Of a DNA stretch of 64,000 bases, positions 48,498 to 58,731 are shown piece after piece. Source of the stretch: Calditrichia bacterium (GTDB lineage: Bacteria > Calditrichota > Calditrichia > RBG-13-44-9 > J075); contig JBOEGD010000011.1 of assembly GCA_050633245.1 (NCBI GenBank), positions 64,001-128,000 of the forward strand, given 5' to 3'. A model generated the notes under the pieces. The model ran no database searches. It had not been told where the DNA came from and saw only the letters and a list, made by a program, of their open reading frames with translations. How positions within the stretch are numbered: position 1 is the first letter of the stretch; every line of letters starts with the position of its first letter. The position numbers were made by a program, and so were the translations under genes.

Positions 48498-49226
48498 ATG
48501 AAGGTTCAGCTGGAAGATCTGCTGAAAAGCGGTGTTCACTTCGGACACCTTACCCGCCGATGGAATCCCAAAATGCGCCCGTTTATTTTTCTGGAGCGTA
48601 ATAAGATCCACATTATCGACCTTAAAAAAACCATGATCAATCTGCAGAAGGCTCATGATCTTATTAAAGAGATTGTGCTATCTGGTGATGAGGTCTTGTT
48701 TGTAGGTACCAAAAAACAAGCCAAAGATATTATTCAGGCCGAAGCAGCACGCTGTGGAATGCCGTATATCGCAGAGCGCTGGCTCGGTGGTACACTGACG
48801 AACTTTTCTACCATTAAGAAAAGTATCCGTAAACTCGAAGGCCTCGAAAAGATGGTTAACGACGGAACGGTCGAAAAGCTCGTAAAGAAAGAGCGACTGA
48901 TGGTAGATCGTGAAATTGAGAAAATGAAAAAAGTCTTCGCCGGAATTCAAAATATGAAGCGTATTCCCGGTGCCGTATTTGTGGTAGATACCCGTAAGGA
49001 AGAAATCGCCGTCAAAGAAGCCCGTAAGCTAAATATTCCGGTATTTGCCATTGTTGATACCAATTGCGACCCGGATGTTGTTGATTATCCAATTCCTGGA
49101 AATGATGACTCTACCAAGTCGATCGGTATTATTACAAAAACTCTCGTCTCTGCCGTTTTGGAAGCGCGCGAAATTCGCGAAGCTAAAAAAGCCGGTGAAA
49201 AGGGACAGGCAAAATCAGACAAGTAA
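48498..49226 (+). CDS. rpsB: 30S ribosomal protein S2
   Basis: GVHFGH.T.RWNPKM, FVGTKKQA, RWLGG.LTN, VDTNCDP, PGNDD. Confidence 0.99.
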   Translation: MKVQLEDLLKSGVHFGHLTRRWNPKMRPFIFLERNKIHIIDLKKTMINLQKAHDLIKEIVLSGDEVLFVGTKKQAKDIIQAEAARCGMPYIAERWLGGTLTNFSTIKKSIRKLEGLEKMVNDGTVEKLVKKERLMVDREIEKMKKVFAGIQNMKRIPGAVFVVDTRKEEIAVKEARKLNIPVFAIVDTNCDPDVVDYPIPGNDDSTKSIGIITKTLVSAVLEAREIREAKKAGEKGQAKSDK

Positions 49227-49262
49227 GAACATATAAAAGAGTACATAAGGAGTTAGCGCGTT

Positions 49263-49859
49263 ATGGCGGAAATTACAGCCAAACTTGTTAAGGAACTACG
49301 CGATAAAACCGGCGCCGGAATGATGGACTGCAAGAAAGCACTGCAGGAAGTTGACGGCGACGTAGAGAAAGCGATTGAGTTCCTCCGCAAAAAGGGAATT
49401 GCGAAAGCAGCCAAAAAAGCGGATCGTGAAGCAAAAGATGGTCTCGTAGAGGCCTATATCCACGCCGGCGGTAAGCTGGGTGTGCTGGTAGAAGTAAACT
49501 GCGAAACAGACTTTGTTGCCAAAACGGACGATTTCAAAGACTTCTGCCGAAATCTGGCCATGCACATTGCTGCAGCCGAGCCGGTAGCGCTTAATCGTGA
49601 GGATATGGACAGCTCGGTTATTGAAAAAGAGCTGGATATTTATCGCGACCAGGCCAAAGCCGAGGGCAAACCGGATCATATCATCGACAAAATTGCCGAA
49701 GGAAAAATCGAGAAATTCTATTCCGAAAGCGTACTGCTCGAGCAGGGCTATATTCGCGAGCCCGATCGCAGCATCAAAGACCTGTTGACCGATATGATTG
49801 GTAAGCTTGGTGAAAATATAACTATCAGTCGTTTTCAACGCTTTAAAATCGGGGACTAA
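49263..49859 (+). CDS. tsf: Elongation factor Ts (short 198-aa form)
   Basis: [33 protein letters not shown]. Confidence 0.98.
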   Translation: MAEITAKLVKELRDKTGAGMMDCKKALQEVDGDVEKAIEFLRKKGIAKAAKKADREAKDGLVEAYIHAGGKLGVLVEVNCETDFVAKTDDFKDFCRNLAMHIAAAEPVALNREDMDSSVIEKELDIYRDQAKAEGKPDHIIDKIAEGKIEKFYSESVLLEQGYIREPDRSIKDLLTDMIGKLGENITISRFQRFKIGD

Positions 49860-49862
49860 CCT

Positions 49863-50588
49863 ATGAGTAAACGCCCTGCATTTAGCCGCATACTGTTGAA
49901 GTTGAGTGGAGAATCGCTTGCCGGAAGCGATAAGTTCGGAATCCGGTTACAGGTACTTCAGACCTTTGCTGCAGAAGTGAAAAAAGTGGTTGATTTGGGC
50001 GTTCAGGTTGCACTCGTAGTTGGCGGTGGAAATATCTTTCGGGGTATTTCCAGCGCCGCCAACGAAATGGATCGCGTATCAGCCGACTATATGGGAATGC
50101 TGGCAACGGTTATCAACTCGATGGCTTTGCAAAGTGCTCTTGAAAACGTCGGTATTGATACACGAGTTCAAACCGCCATTCCAATGAACCAAATTGCCGA
50201 ACCGTTTATCAGACGAAAAGCCGTTAGACATTTGGAAAAGGGAAGAGTGGTAATATTTGCAGCTGGCACCGGAAATCCGTATTTTACTACTGATACCGCT
50301 GCCGTTCTACGCGCCGTCGAAGTTGAAGCTGAAGTTATTCTTAAAGGCACCCGCGTTGATGGCGTCTATACGGCGGATCCGGAAAAAGATCCAAATGCAA
50401 AGAAATATGATGAACTTTCTTACATGCAGGTGGTAAAACAAGAGCTTCGCGTAATGGATACAACTGCAATTACCCTGTCTATGGATAATGAACTTCCGAT
50501 TATCGTGTTTAATATGGAAAAAGAAGATAATCTGAGGCGCGTTGTTGAAGGCGACGCTATTGGAACAAAAGTAAGGAGTGACGCATGA
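49863..50588 (+). CDS. pyrH: UMP kinase
   Basis: [40 protein letters not shown]. Confidence 0.99.
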   Translation: MSKRPAFSRILLKLSGESLAGSDKFGIRLQVLQTFAAEVKKVVDLGVQVALVVGGGNIFRGISSAANEMDRVSADYMGMLATVINSMALQSALENVGIDTRVQTAIPMNQIAEPFIRRKAVRHLEKGRVVIFAAGTGNPYFTTDTAAVLRAVEVEAEVILKGTRVDGVYTADPEKDPNAKKYDELSYMQVVKQELRVMDTTAITLSMDNELPIIVFNMEKEDNLRRVVEGDAIGTKVRSDA

Positions 50589-51145
50589 GTCTCGAAACAA
50601 TTTATACTGACACAAAAGGCCGAATGGATAAGTCGGTTGATCATCTCTTAACCGAACTCGCTAAGGTTAGAACCGGACGCGCTACACCGGCATTGCTGGA
50701 CTCGGTGAAGGTTGATTATTATGGAACGAAAACACCTCTTGGGCAGGTCGCTTCGGTTTCTGCACCTGAACCACGTTTGCTCGTTGTTCAGCCCTGGGAA
50801 AAGAATCTGATTCCCGAGATCGAAAAGGAAATCATTGCTGCCGATTTAGGCCTGAATCCATCAAACGATGGAACGCTGGTTCGTATTCCAATTCCTGAAT
50901 TAAGCGATGAACGTCGTCAGAATCTTCTTAAGATGGTCAAGAAATCTTGTGAAGAAGCGCGCGTTGCAATTCGTAACGTACGTCGTGATGCCAATGACAG
51001 CGTGAAAAAACTTGAAAAAGATCATGATATCTCTGAAGATAACAGTCATGATGCCATCGAGAAAATTCAGGGATTTACCAACGACCACATCAAAAAGGTC
51101 GATGGCATTCTTGAAAAGAAGGAAAAAGAACTGATTGGTGACTAA
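50585..51145 (+). CDS. frr: Ribosome recycling factor
   Basis: [29 protein letters not shown]. Confidence 0.99.
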   Translation: MSLETIYTDTKGRMDKSVDHLLTELAKVRTGRATPALLDSVKVDYYGTKTPLGQVASVSAPEPRLLVVQPWEKNLIPEIEKEIIAADLGLNPSNDGTLVRIPIPELSDERRQNLLKMVKKSCEEARVAIRNVRRDANDSVKKLEKDHDISEDNSHDAIEKIQGFTNDHIKKVDGILEKKEKELIGD

Positions 51146-51173
51146 GAGAGCAAATACAACACTTTGATATTGC

Positions 51174-51202
51174 GAGCCGGGGACCTCTCCGGCTCTTTTT
51201 TT
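51174..51202 (+). terminator. Intrinsic terminator after frr
   Basis: GAGCCGG...CCGGCTC followed by T7. Confidence 0.8.
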
Positions 51203-51207
51203 ATGCC

Positions 51208-52368
51208 ATGAAAAAAAGAATCCTCATTATTGCAGGTGAAGCATCCGGCGATCATCATGCCGCAGATATGCTGGCCGTACTTCGGAAAAGTGAACCCGAT
51301 TGGCAGTTTGTCGGAATCGGTGGCGATTCTATGCAGAAGCAAGGGGTTCAACTTACCTATCATATTTCCCAAATGGCATTTTTAGGTGTCAGCGAAATAG
51401 TAAAACACCTCCCCTTTATTCGCATTGTAAAAAAAGCGATGGAGGCCGAGATGGATAGGGGAGTGGATGCCGTTTTGCTGGTTGATTATCCCGGCTTTAA
51501 CCTGTTGCTTGCAAATAGTGCGCGTAAACGCGGAATTCCCGTCATGTATTATATCAGTCCGCAGCTTTGGGCTTGGCGCGAAGGACGTGTAGAGAAAATT
51601 CGCAAGCGCGTTGGCTTAATGATGGTGATTTTTAAATTTGAACAGGAATTCTACGCCCGGCATGGAATTCGTGCTGAATTCGTGGGACATCCGCTGGCTG
51701 ATCAGCTCAAGGAGACCTCAGAAAATTCCGCATTCCGGCAAACCCACGCCATTCCTGAAGGCAAACGCATTCTCGGTTTGTTCCCGGGGTCTCGTGAAAT
51801 GGAAGTGCGGAAGTTGTTGCCGGAAATGCTTCGTGCCGTGCAACAGCTCTCCGAAAATGATAACGTTATTGCAGTCGTCGGCAAGGCCGGCAATTTGCCC
51901 GATTCGCTGTACGACGAAGTTGCCGCAGATACTCCTGCTGTGCAGTTTATTGCGGATGACAGTAAGCGGTTAATGGAACATTCGTTTGCTGCTCTGGCGG
52001 CAAGTGGAACTGCCACACTGGAACTTGGATTTCTACAAACACCTCTTATTGTGCTCTATACCGTCTCCCCACTTACCTACTGGCTTGGCCGAATGCTGAT
52101 TAAGGTAGATGCTATTTCTCTTGCCAATATCGTCCTGGGTGAAAAGGTTGTCCCCGAACTGATTCAAAAAGAAATGACGGCTGATGGTATTGTGCATGAA
52201 CTGCGTCGCTACCTGGATGATGAAGCCTATTATAAAGATGTCAAAGAAAAATTGGGCGGTATTCGTCCCGCATTGGGTGGGTCTGGAGCGGCAAAAAAAG
52301 CAGCTGAAGCGGTTACAGGCTTTCTGCATGGAACAATTCCATCGCTAAAAAAGTCATCCTCCGAATAA
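51208..52368 (+). CDS. lpxB: Lipid-A-disaccharide synthase
   Basis: AGEASGD, DYPGFN, SPQLWAWR, FVGHP, PGSR, SGTATLE, PELIQ. Confidence 0.97.
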   Translation: MKKRILIIAGEASGDHHAADMLAVLRKSEPDWQFVGIGGDSMQKQGVQLTYHISQMAFLGVSEIVKHLPFIRIVKKAMEAEMDRGVDAVLLVDYPGFNLLLANSARKRGIPVMYYISPQLWAWREGRVEKIRKRVGLMMVIFKFEQEFYARHGIRAEFVGHPLADQLKETSENSAFRQTHAIPEGKRILGLFPGSREMEVRKLLPEMLRAVQQLSENDNVIAVVGKAGNLPDSLYDEVAADTPAVQFIADDSKRLMEHSFAALAASGTATLELGFLQTPLIVLYTVSPLTYWLGRMLIKVDAISLANIVLGEKVVPELIQKEMTADGIVHELRRYLDDEAYYKDVKEKLGGIRPALGGSGAAKKAAEAVTGFLHGTIPSLKKSSSE

Positions 52369-52482
52369 AACCTGCAGCAGAATATTATGCACCAGCCGGC
52401 ATATCTTGCACAAAAAATGCCGGAACTGATTTAACCAGCTCCGGCAATTCGCTCCTAACTCCCGACTCAAAATTTACTTAAG

Positions 52483-52734
52483 TCAATAATTTGCGATTTC
52501 AAATGCCTGGTCTCTCGAATAGACAATCTTTCGCACGGTTTCCACAGAAAGATAGGGAAACTCCTCCTGAAGTTGGGCAATAATGTCCTTTGGCTTTTGC
52601 CTGTCTTTACGTTCGCTGAATGTTGCGCGAATGTAAAAGTCGCGAATAGCACGTTCATTGAGGAACCCCTTTTCCCAAAGTTGTGCAAACATCGCATCGT
52701 CCAGATAGTCCCGTAGGGGATTGCTACGCATCAC
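52483..52734 (-). CDS. Small hypothetical protein with HTH-like C-terminus
   Basis: GGAGG SD; RDFYIR..F ... LQEEFPYLSVETVRKIVY resembles a helix-turn-helix. Confidence 0.7.
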   Translation of the reverse strand: MMRSNPLRDYLDDAMFAQLWEKGFLNERAIRDFYIRATFSERKDRQKPKDIIAQLQEEFPYLSVETVRKIVYSRDQAFEIANY

Positions 52735-53055
52735 TATACCTCCTGATTTTTAGTGAAATACCCTCATAACGCATGAAGAATGCGCAGTAGCATTAGGTTC
52801 TTGAGGCAACCCTCCTGAATGGATGTGTGGCGTAAATCTATTTCGAATTTAAGAAAAAATGGCTGGTAGCACTAGTCGATGGCAAATAGGGGTTTATGTT
52901 AGACTTAAACAGAATATAAGGGACAGATTTTTGAAAACAAGGGGAATATTGGGTATCTTATTTGATTCTTAGAAGTTGTTTCCCTGAAAGAAAAAATTTC
53001 TTAGCTTCATATCAATTCGTCAGTCACCACTTCCTGCGATGCAAACGGATAGGCA

Positions 53056-53670
53056 ATGATAACGCTTACTGCAGAAAAAATTGGCCATCACTACGCCGGA
53101 CGTACTATTCTTAAAGACATCTCCTTTAGCATAAACAGTGGACAATGTCTTGCAATTGTTGGTCCCAACGGCTCGGGCAAGAGCACGCTTGTTAAAATAC
53201 TGTCCGGCCTGCTTTCTGCCAAAACCGGGACGCATGAATACTCTGAAAGTACCGAACCACTAGAGAATTTTCAGCGACGAATTGGACTTGTAACGCCCTA
53301 CCTGCAGTTATACCGTGACTTAACTGCATTGGAAAATTTGACTTTCTTTGCCTCTGCGCACCAAATTGCTTTGGACAATGAGCGAATAAAAGCGCTTTTT
53401 GCAGAGGTCGGCCTTGTTGGGCGAGAGCATGATGCTCTGCGGAGCTATTCCTCGGGAATGATGCAACGTGCAAAATACATAATGGCTCTCTACCACCAGC
53501 CAGACATTCTGATTCTCGACGAGCCAACAGCCAATCTGGATCAGAGTGGTTGCGATATGGTGTATGCTCTTATCGAAAAGATGCGCTCAGAAAAACTGGT
53601 TGTTCTGGCAACAAATGAACCGCGTGAAGCGGCCCTCGCAGACAAGGGGGTGCCCGTTGTTACGAAATAG
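53056..53670 (+). CDS. ccmA: Heme exporter ATP-binding protein CcmA
   Basis: GPNGSGKST, YSSGM, LILDEP; first gene of ccm cluster. Confidence 0.9.
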   Translation: MITLTAEKIGHHYAGRTILKDISFSINSGQCLAIVGPNGSGKSTLVKILSGLLSAKTGTHEYSESTEPLENFQRRIGLVTPYLQLYRDLTALENLTFFASAHQIALDNERIKALFAEVGLVGREHDALRSYSSGMMQRAKYIMALYHQPDILILDEPTANLDQSGCDMVYALIEKMRSEKLVVLATNEPREAALADKGVPVVTK

Positions 53671-54319
53671 TCTGAACGTTCTGCGTAAAGATTTTCAGCT
53701 TGAGTTCCGCACCCGCTACTCTTTGAATGCAATCGCGCTCTTTGCTGTTACCACATTGGTGGCGGTAGGATATTCTATTGCACCGGTTCGCCTGGATGAA
53801 TTGGTTTTGGCACCACTGCTGTGGATTATCATTTTTTTCTCGGCAATGTCCGGATTGTCTCATGTCTTTGTACGCGAAGAGGAGCAGCAAACTGCCGATA
53901 CCCTCAGATTGCTCTTTAAACCAGAGGAGGTACTGCTTGGGAAGTGGCTGTTTAATGTGCTGCTTCTTTTTGCACTTGTTGCTTTGGTGGTGCCACTTTT
54001 TGTGGCAGTAATGAACGCAACTGTGCAGAATGTGGCCATATTGCTTGCAACGCTTGCACTTGGAAGTTTGGCCTTGGCAACCGCTTCTACGATAATAGGG
54101 GCGATTATTTCACTTTCCGGAAATCGTGGCGCATTATTTGCAGTTCTATCTTTCCCAATAGCCTTACCCGTTTTGATCTCTTCAATTCACAGCACTAGAT
54201 TAGCGATGACTGGTGCGCCATTTTCCGATTGTTTGGCAGACTTGAAGTTGCTATTTTCCTTTGTTGTTGTTCTGTTTACTGCGTCCTGGCTACTGTTTGA
54301 TTTTGTATGGAAAAAATAG
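53657..54319 (+). CDS. ccmB: Heme exporter protein CcmB
   Basis: KD..LEFR, F.REE...T...L, GK, L..P...PVL; TTG start 53657 after AAGGGG. Confidence 0.9.
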   Translation: MLRNSLNVLRKDFQLEFRTRYSLNAIALFAVTTLVAVGYSIAPVRLDELVLAPLLWIIIFFSAMSGLSHVFVREEEQQTADTLRLLFKPEEVLLGKWLFNVLLLFALVALVVPLFVAVMNATVQNVAILLATLALGSLALATASTIIGAIISLSGNRGALFAVLSFPIALPVLISSIHSTRLAMTGAPFSDCLADLKLLFSFVVVLFTASWLLFDFVWKK

Positions 54320-54331
54320 AGAATATACGAT

Positions 54332-55006
54332 ATGTTGGCAATTGAAAATTGGTGGAAATGGCTGCTGGGTAGCGGTATGTGCGTGGTTATCTGGGCGGCA
54401 TTTTTATATGCACCTCCGGCGAAAGCCTTGGGAGAATCGACGAGAATTCTGTTTTTTCATGTACCATGTGCATGGGTTGGAACGCTGGCCTTTTTTGTTT
54501 CGGCATGGGCAAGCTTTCGCTATTTGAGAACGAATGATTTGTCGTATGATCACTCAGCACATGCTGCAGCACACATTGGTTTTATCTTTACGGTATTGGC
54601 GACGGCTACCGGCTCGATTTGGGCGAAGGAAATCTGGCAGTCCTATTGGAATTGGGATCCGAGACAAACATCTATTTTTATCCTGCTGCTAATCTATGCC
54701 GCCTACTTTGCATTGCGCTCTTCTTTGGAAGATGAAGATACCCGCGCACGTCTAGGGGCCGTCTATTCGATGATCGCCTGTGTGACGGTGCCCTTTCTGG
54801 TATTCATCGTCCCGCGTATTTACGACTCTTTGCATCCCGATCCGATTATCAACGATCAGGCCAAGATTAATATGAATGCTGCAATGCAGCATGTTTTTTG
54901 GGGATCACTCCTTTGTTTTACTATTCTTTTCAGATGGATGCTTCAGCTAAAGAAGCGAAGTCTTATTATTCAACATCGACTGGAACTCGCGCGCCGCGCC
55001 AACTAG
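54332..55006 (+). CDS. ccmC: Heme chaperone-loading protein CcmC
   Basis: FHVP.AW, TGSIWA..W..YWNWDPR.T WWD motif, SLHP. Confidence 0.93.
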   Translation: MLAIENWWKWLLGSGMCVVIWAAFLYAPPAKALGESTRILFFHVPCAWVGTLAFFVSAWASFRYLRTNDLSYDHSAHAAAHIGFIFTVLATATGSIWAKEIWQSYWNWDPRQTSIFILLLIYAAYFALRSSLEDEDTRARLGAVYSMIACVTVPFLVFIVPRIYDSLHPDPIINDQAKINMNAAMQHVFWGSLLCFTILFRWMLQLKKRSLIIQHRLELARRAN

Positions 55007-55016
55007 GAACTTAATC

Positions 55017-55259
55017 ATGTTAAAATCAATTACATATTTAGCAGACGCAGGCACTAACATGTTAACACTGCTTATGAAGCCGCTACAGGAAGCAGCTGGT
55101 GCAAGTCAACCACTACAGACGGTAAAGGACGTCGGCAACGACATCTATATTGTCTTAACGGTTACAATGATGGTTTGGATCGGTTTATTTCTTTATATGC
55201 TGCTGATGGAACGTCGCGTAAAAGACGTTGAGAATAAACTGGATCAGCTTAGTAAGTGA
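55017..55259 (+). CDS. ccmD: CcmD family small membrane protein
   Basis: Single TM (VW.GLF.Y) plus charged tail, located between ccmC and ccmE. Confidence 0.75.
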   Translation: MLKSITYLADAGTNMLTLLMKPLQEAAGASQPLQTVKDVGNDIYIVLTVTMMVWIGLFLYMLLMERRVKDVENKLDQLSK

Positions 55260-55335
55260 AAATAGCATTGATTATCAATCTCACATTTGTTAATTTTTTC
55301 TCAAAGTGCATTTGGAAATGCAAAGGAGATAAAAA

Positions 55336-55719
55336 ATGAGCACAAAATACATTGTTGGCGGTATTATAATTCTGGCCTTTATGATCTTTGCGGGCATGAA
55401 TTTAGGTGATTCTCTGACGCCGTATGTTTCGATAAAAGAGGCCCGTATGAAGGGGACTAAGGTTCAGGTGAAAGGCGCACGTGTTGAAGGAACAGCAAAC
55501 TACGACGCGCAGCGAAAGACATTCAACTTTAAGCTGAGCGATCCTGACGGTGAAGAAGTGCAGGTAATTTATGATGGCCTTCGCCCGTCGAACTTTGAGC
55601 GTGCAAAGGAAGTTGTTGCAATCGGGAAATATCACAATGGCGAATTTCTGGCAAGCGAACTACTGATAAAATGCCCCTCCAAATATGAGGCAGAAGAAAT
55701 GGACGGGGTACGTTCATGA
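55336..55719 (+). CDS. ccmE: Heme chaperone CcmE, CxxxY type
   Basis: N-terminal TM, V.Y.G..P.NF, F.A.ELL.KCPSKY. Confidence 0.93.
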   Translation: MSTKYIVGGIIILAFMIFAGMNLGDSLTPYVSIKEARMKGTKVQVKGARVEGTANYDAQRKTFNFKLSDPDGEEVQVIYDGLRPSNFERAKEVVAIGKYHNGEFLASELLIKCPSKYEAEEMDGVRS

Positions 55720-57980
55720 GTGAATTTATGACGTCTGTTGTATCCAATGCAGGTTACATGTTGGTATCCTTTGCCTTTGCCAGCTGTCTGGTTTCCATAA
55801 CTGCTTTTTTCCTGTATTACCGAGACAAAAACGAGCAGCTTTACAAGATTGCTACAAAAGCATTTTACGCAATGACTATTGCGGCTGTGATTACGCTGAT
55901 TTCCCTGGTTTTATTAATAATGACGCATCAGTTTCAGTTTAACTATGTGTACAGTTATTCCTCCACAGCACTAAATAAGTTCTATTTATTCGCAACGCTT
56001 TGGGCCGGACAAGAAGGGACGCTGCTTATGTGGCTGACCTATGGATGTATTTACGGCATCCTGCTTATTCGCAGCTTAGGGCGTAAGATGCCGCTGGCGC
56101 TGGTCTTTTTAGGGCTGGTTCAGGGAGTGCTGCTTTGGATTCTCCACGTAAAGAATCCTTTCCCGCTGGTTTGGCATACCTTTGAGCAGGTACCGATTGG
56201 TTTCTTCCCGCAGGAAGGCGCTGGCTTAAATCCCCTGCTGCAAAATCCCTGGATGGTGATTCATCCGCCGACGCTGTTTGTCGGATACAGTTCAACCGTT
56301 GTCGCATTTGCGATCGCCATGTCTGCTTTGGTGACAGGTGATCGAACGGAATGGGTAAAAGCGGCTCGCCCCTGGGTTGTCTTCAATGTAATGATCCTGG
56401 GGACGGGGATTATTATGGGTGGCTACTGGGCTTACATCACGCTTGGTTGGGGTGGCTACTGGGGCTGGGACCCGGTGGAAAATGCCTCACTTGTTCCGTG
56501 GTTGTTTAGTGTGGTGTTACTGCATGGAATTCTGATTCAAAGCAAGCGCGGCTCTCTGGTGAAGAGCAATCTGTTCTTTGCCGGTGCTTCATTTCTGACT
56601 ATGGTTTGGGGATCGTATCTAACTCGGTCCGGTGTTCTGACAGACTTCTCTGTTCATTCATTTGCACCGAGTGGTCTAAATTTTTATCTGGTAATGTTTC
56701 AACTGATCTTTACCGGGTTGTTTCTTGGTTTTTTTATTCGGTTTGTAAGACAGGAGCAGGCTGATGGAGTTGAATCCGTAACATTCGGTGATGGTTTTTT
56801 GAATCGTGAAACATTTATGCTGATGGGCATTTTGGTATTGCTTCTCAATGCAATATTTGTCCTGTTGGGCACGTCTGCTCCACTGTATACACGGTTGTGG
56901 GGAGATGCAACCAGCGTTGCGCCGGATTTCTACAATACGATGACGGTACCGATCGCCTTCTTCATACTGCTTGGACTAGGTATTGCGCCGCTATTGGCCT
57001 GGAAAACGTCCGAACTTCGCAATGTGCCAACCATTATCTGGAGCGCCGGTATTGCTGCAATGGCAACCGTTGCTGCCATGGGATTTGGGTTGACGCACTT
57101 GAATGCTGCGGTACTGTTTTTTATGGCTATGTTTGTCATATCGGTTAACCTTCGAGTGGTATGGTTGTTTTTGCGCAATAATTTTGATGCGGCCGGAGGC
57201 TATCTTGCACATGTTGGCTGGGCATTTATGGCGATTGGAATTATTACATCTTCGATGTATGAAAGTAGTGAAAAGATTCTGTTGCCAAAGGATACCTTTA
57301 CGCAAACCGATCTTGGTTATGAGATAAAGTTTCTTGGCTTTCGGGATATGCCGGATGGCAAAGATCAGGTGCGCCTGATGGTAAAAACGGCCGATCAATC
57401 GTCCTATGAAGCCAATCCACGCTTTTATTACAGTGATTACTCCAAGGCCTTTATGATTACTCCTGACGTGAAAATGAAGTTTGGTAAAGACGTGTATATA
57501 TCGCCAATTTCATTTACACCGGCAGAATTGGGCGATAAGCAGATGATCCTGCTGAGTAAAGGACAAAGCACAAATGTAGGCACACTGCAGGTTACCTTTA
57601 ATGACTTTATTACCAAGATGGGCGCTTCACGTCAAGAGGTTACAGCAGATCTAAAGGTGGTGACCGGCGTAAATAGTTATGGCGATGCGATTAGCGTTCA
57701 GCCGGTAATTATTGCTGATCAGGGGCAAATGAATAGTGAGCCGGTTGACGTACCTGGAACGGATTATCGCATTGCGATTACTCGTGTAAATGCCAATAAT
57801 GGACAGGTCGAACTGGAAATCTCATCGCCTTCGGAAAACCAGGCTGATGTTAAGGATACTATGGCGATTGAGCTTCGTGAGAAACCGCTGATCAGTATCC
57901 TTTGGTTCGGAACATTAATCTTTGTTTTCGGCTCGATGTTGTCACTCAGACATCGCGTCCGTCGCAGGCGTAAAGATTAG
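55716..57980 (+). CDS. ccmF: Cytochrome c synthetase CcmF
   Basis: WAGQEG, GLNPLLQ, IHPP, LGWGGYWGWDPVENAS, LTRSG, SVHSF. Confidence 0.96.
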   Translation: MSEFMTSVVSNAGYMLVSFAFASCLVSITAFFLYYRDKNEQLYKIATKAFYAMTIAAVITLISLVLLIMTHQFQFNYVYSYSSTALNKFYLFATLWAGQEGTLLMWLTYGCIYGILLIRSLGRKMPLALVFLGLVQGVLLWILHVKNPFPLVWHTFEQVPIGFFPQEGAGLNPLLQNPWMVIHPPTLFVGYSSTVVAFAIAMSALVTGDRTEWVKAARPWVVFNVMILGTGIIMGGYWAYITLGWGGYWGWDPVENASLVPWLFSVVLLHGILIQSKRGSLVKSNLFFAGASFLTMVWGSYLTRSGVLTDFSVHSFAPSGLNFYLVMFQLIFTGLFLGFFIRFVRQEQADGVESVTFGDGFLNRETFMLMGILVLLLNAIFVLLGTSAPLYTRLWGDATSVAPDFYNTMTVPIAFFILLGLGIAPLLAWKTSELRNVPTIIWSAGIAAMATVAAMGFGLTHLNAAVLFFMAMFVISVNLRVVWLFLRNNFDAAGGYLAHVGWAFMAIGIITSSMYESSEKILLPKDTFTQTDLGYEIKFLGFRDMPDGKDQVRLMVKTADQSSYEANPRFYYSDYSKAFMITPDVKMKFGKDVYISPISFTPAELGDKQMILLSKGQSTNVGTLQVTFNDFITKMGASRQEVTADLKVVTGVNSYGDAISVQPVIIADQGQMNSEPVDVPGTDYRIAITRVNANNGQVELEISSPSENQADVKDTMAIELREKPLISILWFGTLIFVFGSMLSLRHRVRRRRKD

Positions 57981-58051
57981 TGCCGGAGTCGATTTGTCTG
58001 GCGGATCCGAGAAAGGTCCGCTGACTGCCCATCAGACAGTGAAAGTTGCTT

Positions 58052-58600
58052 ATGAAGTGGATCTTAGTTAGTTGTATTATCGCCCTCATCATTATTCTTC
58101 CGACCTATCTCTACAGTCAGTTTACCCTCAAGAATGTCGAGAAACGTATCGAGCGTGAACATTCTGTGAAACACATGACTGTCGATTCGCTGCATGCTGC
58201 TCTTTCTGAGAACGACTCTGCAAATTTTGTTCTTTTTGATGTGAGAGAGAAAGATGAATATGATGTTAGCCATCTTCCCAACGCTGTTCAGCTTGATCCC
58301 GGCATTACGCCGGATGAGTTTATTAATACCCACTCCGATAATCTGGATGGAAAGCACGCAGTTTTTTATTGCTCGGTAGGGAAGCGAAGTGCTATTCTTA
58401 TTGAAAAACTCGATGCTGCTGCGCGTGAAGCGGGGGCGACAGAACTGTCTAACCTAAAGGGTAGCATCTTCCGCTGGTATAACTCAGGTTTTCCTGTTTA
58501 CAATGCTTCAGGAGAAACGTCGCAGGTTCATCCCTATGATAAAAAATGGGGTGTCCTTCTCAATAAACGCAGTGAATCCGACAGCTCAACAAATCGCTAG
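58052..58600 (+). CDS. Membrane-anchored rhodanese-domain protein
   Basis: DVRE..EY.VSHL, YCSVG.RS active loop, L.G.IF.W.N, VHPY...WG. Confidence 0.9.
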   Translation: MKWILVSCIIALIIILPTYLYSQFTLKNVEKRIEREHSVKHMTVDSLHAALSENDSANFVLFDVREKDEYDVSHLPNAVQLDPGITPDEFINTHSDNLDGKHAVFYCSVGKRSAILIEKLDAAAREAGATELSNLKGSIFRWYNSGFPVYNASGETSQVHPYDKKWGVLLNKRSESDSSTNR

Positions 58601-58676
58601 AAGCCTCTCTTATTACGCCCCCGTGACAATGTCAATTTAAAATGGTCATAAATACAGAGCTTTTATATGATTAAGA

Positions 58677-58705
58677 TTGAATTGGCAGGACTTTCTTACT
58701 ATATT
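58677..58705 (+). promoter_or_regulatory. Sigma70-type promoter of ftsK
   Basis: TTGAAT-N17-TATATT, same -10 hexamer as the tRNA promoter. Confidence 0.55.
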
Positions 58706-58731
58706 CTGACCACAAAATCGACTCTGACTTT

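Noticed and set aside
49263-49859. EF-Ts truncation or pseudogene
   Set aside because: The ~200-aa EF-Ts form is an established natural variant; the ORF is intact with normal termini.
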